This document shows, in pieces, positions 47,759 through 55,681 of a stretch of 64,000 nt of DNA. The notes below the pieces were generated by a model, which searched no databases, was not told the origin of the DNA, and saw only the letters and a list, made by a program, of their open reading frames with translations. This DNA comes from Acidaminococcales bacterium. Lineage in GTDB: Bacteria; Bacillota; Negativicutes; Acidaminococcales; JAISLQ01. The stretch lies in assembly GCA_031290885.1 (NCBI GenBank), contig JAISLQ010000072.1, positions 1,790 through 65,789 on the forward strand. The letters run 5' to 3'. The translations under genes were made by a program, and so were the position numbers. Each line of letters starts with the position of its first letter. Positions within the stretch are counted from its first letter, which is position 1.

Positions 47759-48628
47759 TTATATATAGTATTGAATTTCTTCAACCTTGCCGGCAAAATC
47801 AAGCAATTGCAGTATTTTTGACCGCAACTCCAGAAAATAGGCGTGGCTGCGGGCACGCGGGCGTCCCATCTCCACTTCGATCACGCTTTCGATCCTGGCC
47901 GGGCGCGCTTTCATGACCAGTATGCGATCGCTCAGATAGATGGCCTCGTCCACGTCGTGCGTAACCATAATCATGGTAGTGCCGCGTTCCCGCCAAATCT
48001 TTATCAGTTCGTCCTGCATGTTCATGCGCGTGAAGGCGTCCAGCGCCCCAAACGGCTCGTCAAGGAGCAGCACGCTGGGGTGGTTAACCAAGGCCCTGGC
48101 CAGCGACGCCCTTTGCGCCATGCCGCCCGACAGTTGGTGGGGATAGACGTTTTCAAAACCGGCCAGCCCCACTAACCTGATGAATTCGCTTACATCTTTT
48201 TGTTTTTCTTCGTATATTTTGCGTACCCGCAAGCCGAAAGCGACATTTTCATAGACGGTAAGCCAAGGGAACAGGGTAGGGTCTTGAAAAACCAGGCCGC
48301 GTTCAAAACTCGGGCCGTCGATCGCCTCCCCGTCCAAAGAAACGCGTCCTTTGCTGGCCGGCAAAAGGCCGGCGACTATCCGCAAAAAGGTGGACTTGCC
48401 GCAGCCGGAAGGTCCGATAAGCGACACAAACTGCCCTGCTTCCACGTTTACATTGACATCGCTTAGAGCCGTTACCGTTTGCCCGTCCGGGCGGACGAAG
48501 ATTTTTTGCAGGTTTTCCGCGCTGATGCTGCCTGACCTTTTCTCCTCTGCCATTTGCCCATCCGGGCGGACAAAGATTTTTTGCAGGTCTTCCATGCTTG
48601 TGCCGCCTGACCTTTTCGCCGCTACCAT
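47759..48628 (-). CDS. ABC transporter ATP-binding protein (NitT/TauT family); start ambiguous because of a 5' tandem duplication
   Basis: Walker A GPSGCGKST, signature LSGGMAQR, Walker B LLLDEP. Possible starts are 48649, 48628 (first repeat copy) or 48553 (second copy). Confidence 0.88.
   Translation of the reverse strand: MVAAKRSGGTSMEDLQKIFVRPDGQMAEEKRSGSISAENLQKIFVRPDGQTVTALSDVNVNVEAGQFVSLIGPSGCGKSTFLRIVAGLLPASKGRVSLDGEAIDGPSFERGLVFQDPTLFPWLTVYENVAFGLRVRKIYEEKQKDVSEFIRLVGLAGFENVYPHQLSGGMAQRASLARALVNHPSVLLLDEPFGALDAFTRMNMQDELIKIWRERGTTMIMVTHDVDEAIYLSDRILVMKARPARIESVIEVEMGRPRARSHAYFLELRSKILQLLDFAGKVEEIQYYI
48478..48627. repeat. 2 x 75-bp tandem duplication covering the 5' end of the ABC ATPase gene
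   Basis: 48478-48552 and 48553-48627 match at about 64/75 positions by eye. They encode M-AEEKRSGSISAENLQKIFVRPDGQ and M-VAAKRSGGTSMEDLQKIFVRPDGQ. Confidence 0.85.
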
Positions 48629-49563
48629 TTGATTATCCCTTTCTGCCAACCCAAGGTTTTGTCGCGCACTTTGAACATGACAGTAATAATGAAGGAAAAA
48701 CTGACGGCGATGGTTATAAGCCCGGCATATACATTGGCGTAAGACATCATTTCCCTTTGCCAGTTGATGTACCAGCCTATGCCGAATTTCACCCCCATCA
48801 TTTCGGCGGTCATGAGCGTGAGGAAAGAGGCACAGGTTCCGTTGAAAATGCCTACGAAGATGCTGGGCATGGCGTCCGGCAGGGCGATCTTGAATATTTT
48901 CTGGAAGGAATTGGCGCCGAGCGTGCTGGCGACCTCAAAATAGGCGTTCTTTACATTGTAAATGCCGGAGCTGGTGAGTACGGTAGTGGGAAACCATACC
49001 GCCAAAGCGATCAGGAAGATGCTGGCCTGAAAGGAGTTGGCAAAACTGACGAGCGCGATAGGTATCCAGGCGGTGGAAGGGATGGGGCCGATCAACCGGA
49101 TCAAAGGGTGGATCCAATAACTCCATTGTTTGCTCCAACCGACCATGATGCCTGTCGCTATGCCGGTGCTGGCGCCGAGCACAAAGCCGATGAGCAAAAG
49201 CCGGAAAGAATAGGCGAGGCATTTAAGCAAAAACGCCCATTCCTCAACGAACACGCGCAATATCACGTCAATGGCCGGAAAGTAAATAGCCGGCAAAAGC
49301 ATGAGCTTGACGGTTATGACGTTGTAAAGGCAGACAAACAAGAGCGCCGCCCCGACAAATCGCGACTTGTAGGCGTATTTTTCGCCAAACTGCGGATTGA
49401 AGCGCGACAAAATTATGCTGATGACAGTTGCGGCGAGAATGACAAGCAGCAGTATTTTAAGGTATGGCAACTTGCCGTGCATGTATTTCGCGCTGTTGGG
49501 CACGCCGGCGTGTATGATTAGCGTCAGCGCCGCGCTCGCGGCGGGAATGAATTTAGCGTACAA
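48622..49563 (-). CDS. ABC transporter permease (NitT/TauT family)
   Basis: Polytopic membrane protein with a binding-protein-dependent transport signature region (FEVASTLGANSFQKIFKIALPDAMPSIF). Confidence 0.88.
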   Translation of the reverse strand: MYAKFIPAASAALTLIIHAGVPNSAKYMHGKLPYLKILLLVILAATVISIILSRFNPQFGEKYAYKSRFVGAALLFVCLYNVITVKLMLLPAIYFPAIDVILRVFVEEWAFLLKCLAYSFRLLLIGFVLGASTGIATGIMVGWSKQWSYWIHPLIRLIGPIPSTAWIPIALVSFANSFQASIFLIALAVWFPTTVLTSSGIYNVKNAYFEVASTLGANSFQKIFKIALPDAMPSIFVGIFNGTCASFLTLMTAEMMGVKFGIGWYINWQREMMSYANVYAGLITIAVSFSFIITVMFKVRDKTLGWQKGIIKW

Positions 49564-49575
49564 GCCGCTTCCTCC

Positions 49576-49941
49576 TTATTGTTGTTTGCCTGTCTGCCGC
49601 AGCGCAAGGTACTTGGCCAGCCGGCGCAGGTTTTGGTCGATCCGGCCTTCCTGCTCAAATACCAGCAGCCCGGCCGCCTCCAACATGGCCCTGGCCCCCG
49701 GGCCGACCTTTGCCGCCAGCAGGGCGCCGCAGTCGGCAAAGATGTCCATGCGCTCCGACAGGTTCTCATGTCCGCAATCGGAGCAAAATTGATTGAAGGC
49801 GCGTTCTTCGGCCAATTCGTAAGCGCCGCCGGGTTTTAAGTCAAAGATGAAAAAGGACGATGCCTGGCCAAAGTGCCTGTTTATCTCCAAACCGTTTGAA
49901 CTGGCGGCGGCGATACGCCAACTTATTTGCATATTCATCAT
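49576..49941 (-). CDS. NifX/NifB-C-terminal family (dinitrogenase iron-molybdenum cofactor-binding domain) protein
   Basis: 121 aa. RIAAASSNGLEINRHFGQASSFFIFDL ... CGALLAAKVGPGARAMLEAAGLLVFE matches the NifX/NifY/NifB-C domain pattern as recalled. Confidence 0.8.
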   Translation of the reverse strand: MMNMQISWRIAAASSNGLEINRHFGQASSFFIFDLKPGGAYELAEERAFNQFCSDCGHENLSERMDIFADCGALLAAKVGPGARAMLEAAGLLVFEQEGRIDQNLRRLAKYLALRQTGKQQ

Positions 49942-50306
49942 ATCCCCTCGCCGTCAAGCCCCGTAAAATCGGAAAATCTTTGTTTTTCAATGCGTTCTAT
50001 GCGTACAACGATGCCATTGTTTACCACTATGACGATCTGTCCGTACTCCAAACCGCGAAACTGCTGCTGTATTTTCCGGCAAATTCCGGCATGGTTGGGA
50101 AAAACTTCATTTTTGTCCTTTTCTTTGGCTTTGCTTTGCTCGCCAATGCGGATCTTTTCATTGCGTTCAATTTGAATAAGGCGAAAATTCTGGCTTATCA
50201 GCGTAATATGACCAAAATTAATCGTTTGCGCCATGTCAATTATTTGATCCATTAATTCCGGATTGACAGGCGCATCTTCGTTAACTCCCGGTTTCCCCCG
50301 ATTCAC
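49938..50306 (-). CDS. tandem YezD/DUF2292-like small-domain protein
   Basis: Two copies of the DUF2292-like motif: FGHITLISQNFRLIQIERNEKIRI and YGQIVIVVNNGIVVRIERIEKQRF. There is a 4-nt overlap with the NifX-like gene. The family call is from motif recall only. Confidence 0.6.
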   Translation of the reverse strand: MNRGKPGVNEDAPVNPELMDQIIDMAQTINFGHITLISQNFRLIQIERNEKIRIGEQSKAKEKDKNEVFPNHAGICRKIQQQFRGLEYGQIVIVVNNGIVVRIERIEKQRFSDFTGLDGEGI

Positions 50307-50327
50307 CGAAAATCCCCCTTTTAACCC

Positions 50328-51839
50328 TCATTTTCCTGCCGTGTCCTTGATATAGGCGGATGGGTCTTTTGCGTACCATTCGCTGCGATAAGGCGCGGGA
50401 CGGTATTTTTGCATGTTCCGGTTGAACTGGTTGTTGGCGATTATGCGGCGGAGACGGCGCGCAATCTCGAAAACGCCCGAATAGCCTATATAATTGTAGC
50501 CGGGCCCAAAAAGCGGCAATACCGGCAGGCCGTGTTTGGCGGTTATGTTGCCGCTGCCCGTGTGGATGACCAGCAAATCCGGTTTCAGCCTTTTGACGAT
50601 GTTTGCCTGTTCAAAAGGATGTTGGGAGGCAATATTGATGTAAATGTTCTCTATGCCGGGCAGCCCTTCCATTACCGGCCATGCGAACTCATCGATGTGG
50701 TGGCCTTTGAAGCCGGCTATTTCCATGCCGAGATCGGTCAAGACCTCGGCGGTAACGAAAATGCGGACCTCGCCGCCGCTGACATAGGCGCGCTTGCCTT
50801 TTAAAACCGCCCGGAAACCTTCCAACGCCCGCTCAAGTTCTTCTTCCTCCTTTTGAATTAAAAGCCGCGCCCGTTCGGCTACGCCAAAATGATCCGCTAT
50901 TTTCAACAGCCAGCGCGCGGTGGCTTTTTTGCCGATTGGCATGGTGTCGATGATGTAAGGTATGTTAAATTCTTTATGTATATATTTAAGGTAATAGTCG
51001 TCATGCGTCCCGCAAACGCTGATGTTAAGCGCGGCGTCAAGGGCGGCGCGAAAGTCGTCCGGCCGGGAAAAACAGGGCAGGAAGTTAACTTTTAGCTCCA
51101 AAGCGGAAAGCAGCCTTTTTATCTCCAACTCGTCCGCCCTGCTCATGGAGCCAACATTAAAGACGTTTACCGTCCTTCCTTTCTCATATTCCCACAACTT
51201 GTCGGACAGTTCGTTTTCCGTAAAGTATTTGTCGCGTTCCCGGTATTTGGTGAGTTTTTTCAATACGCCGTTATATACGGCGTCATAAGCCGTGGCCATC
51301 AGCTTGGTCTTGAAGCCCTCGCAGTTCACCGGCACAAGTTCGGCGGCGGTTTCCCGCTCAAGATTTTCCAATATGCTGTCAACGTCGTCCCCGATCAGGG
51401 CAGGCACGCAGGAACTGGCCACTATGATCGCCTCGGGGCGAAATTCCCTGTCGGCGTACAGCACGGCGGCCCGAAGTTTCTTCTCGCCGCCTTCGATGAC
51501 ATCTGATTCGTCAAGGTTGGTGCTTAACCAGACTATCCCGCCGGCGGCCGGGTCGCGCAATTTCTTGAAATTCTTGTTGGTCCCTATATTGGCCGTGCTG
51601 CAAAAACCGCAACCGACCGGACCGTGCATAATTACCACGGCATTGCGCAATGAGTTCAATATGCCGAGGCTCAAAGTAAACTGGCAGCCGTGCGCCTGCG
51701 AAAAACTGCGGTTGGCGGCGTACAGGCAGCCGTTGTCCTTTTGCCCGAGGCGGCTTTGCAACTGAGCGCAAGTGCCGCAAAAGGCGATGCCTGCTTTCAG
51801 GCGCTCTTCCCGCGCCGGGGCGGAGTTTTCTATGATCAT
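50328..51839 (-). CDS. nitrogenase component 1 alpha (NifD/NifE)-like subunit of a nitrogenase-like enzyme
   Basis: AHGCQF, MHGPVGCG and SSCVPALIGDD align with the NifD P-cluster cysteine motifs. LNISVCGTHDDYYLKYIHKEFNIPY aligns with NifD [25 protein letters not shown]. ATG 51839 follows AGGAGG. Confidence 0.85.
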   Translation of the reverse strand: MIIENSAPAREERLKAGIAFCGTCAQLQSRLGQKDNGCLYAANRSFSQAHGCQFTLSLGILNSLRNAVVIMHGPVGCGFCSTANIGTNKNFKKLRDPAAGGIVWLSTNLDESDVIEGGEKKLRAAVLYADREFRPEAIIVASSCVPALIGDDVDSILENLERETAAELVPVNCEGFKTKLMATAYDAVYNGVLKKLTKYRERDKYFTENELSDKLWEYEKGRTVNVFNVGSMSRADELEIKRLLSALELKVNFLPCFSRPDDFRAALDAALNISVCGTHDDYYLKYIHKEFNIPYIIDTMPIGKKATARWLLKIADHFGVAERARLLIQKEEEELERALEGFRAVLKGKRAYVSGGEVRIFVTAEVLTDLGMEIAGFKGHHIDEFAWPVMEGLPGIENIYINIASQHPFEQANIVKRLKPDLLVIHTGSGNITAKHGLPVLPLFGPGYNYIGYSGVFEIARRLRRIIANNQFNRNMQKYRPAPYRSEWYAKDPSAYIKDTAGK

Positions 51840-51849
51840 GATTTCCTCC

Positions 51850-53190
51850 TTACCGGCCTGCCACAAGCAAGCCGAAAGTATCTTCGGCAAACGCCAGCCC
51901 GCCGGTTGTGCCGGCGTAGCCGCGATTGAAGACTACGCGGTTGGTTACGGGAAAGGACACCGTCAGAAGCGGCGCCGACAGTTCTTCGGCAAGATCGCGC
52001 TCAAATACGCTGCCAAACACTACGGCGGGGCTGAAAGAATCGTAGTAGCGGTGATTGCGGTTCCTTTCCCAACTGCCGCTCAAATGCCGGCGCACCGAGG
52101 CGGCATTGGGGTCGTAGCGTACTTGGGGCTTTACGCCCGATGCATAATTTTCAAACCTCTTGCTTAAAAGCTCTTGCTGGCGTTCGGTCAGTTCATCGGT
52201 TACAACGGTAAGATGCGGCAGCCAGCCTAATTCGTCGGCGATAAATTCCGTGATGGCGGGCGCGTAATTGGCATCGGCAACGACCAGGCCGTAACGCTGG
52301 AAATCAATGTCGTTATAACTGTCGGAAATGCGCTCAAAATAATCAAAATATACAGCCTGTTCGCTTTTCAGGGCTTTGCCGATAAATTTCCCCTCTATGC
52401 CCAAATGCCCGCCGACAAGATGCAGGAACCTTTCCGTTTGCAGATAGCCTATCGGCAGGGGAACCCTGACACAGGGGATGTGATGTGCGCTTTCATAAGC
52501 GGCGGCCGCGAGCGGGGCATATACGTCCGACAATACTACGTTGAGTGCCGCATCGCCGGAATTTTTAATGTCGGCAAGCGTTTCCCCTTCTCCGATCAGA
52601 GTGTTGGCTTCAAGGCCGATAAGGTTCAGCAGGCGCTTTATTTCCCGGAGGTTGCCTTTGTAGAAAACGTCCCCGCCCGGCATGAGGCCGAAAACATTGA
52701 CCTTATTGGCTTTTTTTCGTTTGCGGGGCGTTACGTATTCTTTGGCCAGGGCCTCCAGCACAACGTCATAGCCGTAAGCGGAATTGCCCTTGAAGCCGGG
52801 AGTGGATACGGATATTACCGGTTTCAGGGCGTTTTTGAATTTGCCCGCGACCGATTGCGCGTCATCGCCGATCATTTCCACCATGCAGCCGGACAATACC
52901 ACATAAAGGTCGCCGTCCATGATTTCAAGGGTAGTCGCTATCTGCTCGCGCAGCCTTTCCTCGCCGCCGAACACTATCTCCTTTTCGACTACGTTGCTGC
53001 TGGGCGTCGAGGTTGCGCCGCAGTAGCCGCCGCCCAAATAGCCGGCGCCGGAGTTCATGCCCACATAAATGTTATAGGCGCAGCCGGTGGAAGCATGGAC
53101 GATCGGCACCGTGCGCGGCAGCGCCCTGATCATTCCCAATGCGCCGCCGAGCGGACAGCCAAAGCGTGGCCTGTCGATAATCGCGCTCAT
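51850..53190 (-). CDS. nitrogenase component 1 beta (NifK/NifN)-like subunit of a nitrogenase-like enzyme
   Basis: FGCPLGGALGMIRAL...VHASTGCAYN...LSGCMVEMIGDD aligns with the NifK motifs ACQPLGAV...HGSQGCVAYF...C153 region. Confidence 0.85.
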   Translation of the reverse strand: MSAIIDRPRFGCPLGGALGMIRALPRTVPIVHASTGCAYNIYVGMNSGAGYLGGGYCGATSTPSSNVVEKEIVFGGEERLREQIATTLEIMDGDLYVVLSGCMVEMIGDDAQSVAGKFKNALKPVISVSTPGFKGNSAYGYDVVLEALAKEYVTPRKRKKANKVNVFGLMPGGDVFYKGNLREIKRLLNLIGLEANTLIGEGETLADIKNSGDAALNVVLSDVYAPLAAAAYESAHHIPCVRVPLPIGYLQTERFLHLVGGHLGIEGKFIGKALKSEQAVYFDYFERISDSYNDIDFQRYGLVVADANYAPAITEFIADELGWLPHLTVVTDELTERQQELLSKRFENYASGVKPQVRYDPNAASVRRHLSGSWERNRNHRYYDSFSPAVVFGSVFERDLAEELSAPLLTVSFPVTNRVVFNRGYAGTTGGLAFAEDTFGLLVAGR

Positions 53191-53305
53191 GAAAAATACC
53201 CCCTTAACAATACTTATGCCGCTTACCGTTTAAGACATGGACAAGGCTTGCGATATAGCGTCTCGCCCTGCGAGAGGCGAAAAGCGCGCGGACACGGAAG
53301 GCGCA

Positions 53306-53325
53306 GCGCGGCCAATTGGCCGCGC
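53306..53325. other. 20-bp perfect GC-rich palindrome in the 173-nt spacer after the nifH-like gene
   Basis: GCGCGGCCAATTGGCCGCGC. A second small hairpin, TCTCGC-CCT-GCGAGA, lies at 53261-53275. Confidence 0.5.
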
Positions 53326-53363
53326 AGTCGCCGCTAATTTGGCCAGGGGACATATTGCGCCAC

Positions 53364-54224
<861 letters not shown>

Positions 54225-54331
54225 TCAAACTCATTCCTTTTCCGTTAAAATTTCGCTGCCCTAATCCGTCATGCGGTTCCCCGGTTAAAAACCAACTCGC
54301 AAAGCTGCTTTGGTTTAGCCGGGGAAAAGCG

Positions 54332-55300
54332 TCAGTACCAGATGTTGCTCTTTTCGCGCGGCAAATCTTTGAACAAGGCGGTAGACAGATAACGCTCGCC
54401 GGTGTCGGGCAAAATGGCGACGACCGTTTTGCCCGCGTTTTCCGATCTTCTGGCGACTTTAGCGGCGGCAAAAGCCGCCGCGCCCGAAGATATGCCGACA
54501 AGCAGCCCTTCTTCCCTCGCCAGCACGCGCGCCGTGTCTATAGCCTCTTCGTTGCGCACCCTGTATATCTCATCGACAGCGCCAAGATCCAAAACATCAG
54601 GCACGAAACCCGCGCCAATGCCTTGGATAACATGCGGGCCCGCTTTCCCGCCGGACAGTACGGGCGAGGCATCGGGCTCTACCGCCACAATCTTTATTGC
54701 CGGGTTTTTCCCTTTAAGTGCCTGGCTGATGCCGGTTACGGTCCCGCCCGTGCCGACGCCGGCAACGACCACGTCGACTTTGCCGCCGGTGGCCTCCCAG
54801 ATCTCCTCGCCGGTAGTCCGCCTGTGTATTTCAGGGTTGGCGGGGTTGGCGAACTGCTGCAAAATGACGCTGCCGGGAATCTGCGTGTTAAGTTCTTCCG
54901 CCTTGCTTATCGCGCCTTTCATTCCTTCCGCGCCGGGCGTCAGAACAAGCTCGGCGCCTAATGCCAAAAGCAGTGTCCGGCGCTCTATGCTCATGGAATC
55001 GGGCATCGTAACGATCAGCTTATATCCCTTGGCCGCCGCCACAAAGGCCAGCCCCACGCCGGTGTTGCCGCTGCTTGGCTCAATAAGCGCGGAATCTTTA
55101 GTCAAAATACCCCTTTTTTCCGCATCTTCGATCATCGCGTTGGCAATCCGGTCTTTTACGCTGGAGAGGGGATTGAAATACTCCAATTTCAGCAAAAGGT
55201 CGCCATCTGCGATTTTGGCCAGCCGGCGAAAAGCGTGCGGGCGCAAAATGGGCGTATTGCCGATAAGCTCCGTCAGATTGTCGACGATAATATTTGCCAT
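54332..55300 (-). CDS. cysK: cysteine synthase A (O-acetylserine sulfhydrylase)
   Basis: PLP-lysine motif NPLSSVKDR and SSGNTG. ATG 55300 ([18 protein letters not shown]) follows AAGGAGA; the ORF-track start at 55393 is too long. Confidence 0.92.
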   Translation of the reverse strand: MANIIVDNLTELIGNTPILRPHAFRRLAKIADGDLLLKLEYFNPLSSVKDRIANAMIEDAEKRGILTKDSALIEPSSGNTGVGLAFVAAAKGYKLIVTMPDSMSIERRTLLLALGAELVLTPGAEGMKGAISKAEELNTQIPGSVILQQFANPANPEIHRRTTGEEIWEATGGKVDVVVAGVGTGGTVTGISQALKGKNPAIKIVAVEPDASPVLSGGKAGPHVIQGIGAGFVPDVLDLGAVDEIYRVRNEEAIDTARVLAREEGLLVGISSGAAAFAAAKVARRSENAGKTVVAILPDTGERYLSTALFKDLPREKSNIWY

Positions 55301-55404
55301 TGCGACATCTCCTTGAATTGTTTTGCAAACCGTCGGGGAATGCTGCGCGAGGAAAATCGTCCGCCAGTTCGCGTCCGCTGGCAAGGGAAACAATTGCCTA
55401 ATAC

Positions 55405-55437
55405 ATATTAATCATATAGTTTATATATGATTAATAT
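55405..55437. promoter_or_regulatory. candidate operator: 14-bp perfect inverted repeat with 5-bp spacer
   Basis: ATATTAATCATATA (55405-55418), gttta, TATATGATTAATAT (55424-55437). It sits immediately downstream of the -10 box of the cysK promoter. Confidence 0.45.
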
Positions 55438-55439
55438 AG

Positions 55440-55468
55440 ACTATAATACAAAATTGTCCGCTTGTCAA
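55440..55468 (-). promoter_or_regulatory. near-consensus promoter of the cysK / nitrogenase-like operon
   Basis: The minus strand reads TTGACA (55468-55463), 17 nt, TATAGT (55445-55440). Confidence 0.55.
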
Positions 55469-55590
55469 CAAAGCATCTTAAATGGATTTTTATGCATAGG
55501 CTGTTGAGCCTGATTTTTTGTTGGATTGGCCGGATGCGCCTTTAATTTATCTAACTGCTGATTAATTGCCGCCCCTTCCACAAAATGGCA

Positions 55591-55599
55591 TGATATAAT
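55591..55599 (+). promoter_or_regulatory. possible extended -10 promoter element for hsdM
   Basis: TGATATAAT lies about 85 nt upstream of the hsdM ATG. No good -35 box was seen. Confidence 0.3.
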
Positions 55600-55681
55600 A
55601 ATCAAAAAGGGAAACGGACGCAAAACGAATGGGCGAAAGCCGCAGGCGCTCAAACTTTCAAACAAGGAGCGGGAACAATTA

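Noticed and set aside
54402-55316. 304-aa plus-strand ORF opposite cysK
   Set aside because: It is an S/P/A/T-rich antisense translation, and cysK on the minus strand is unambiguous.
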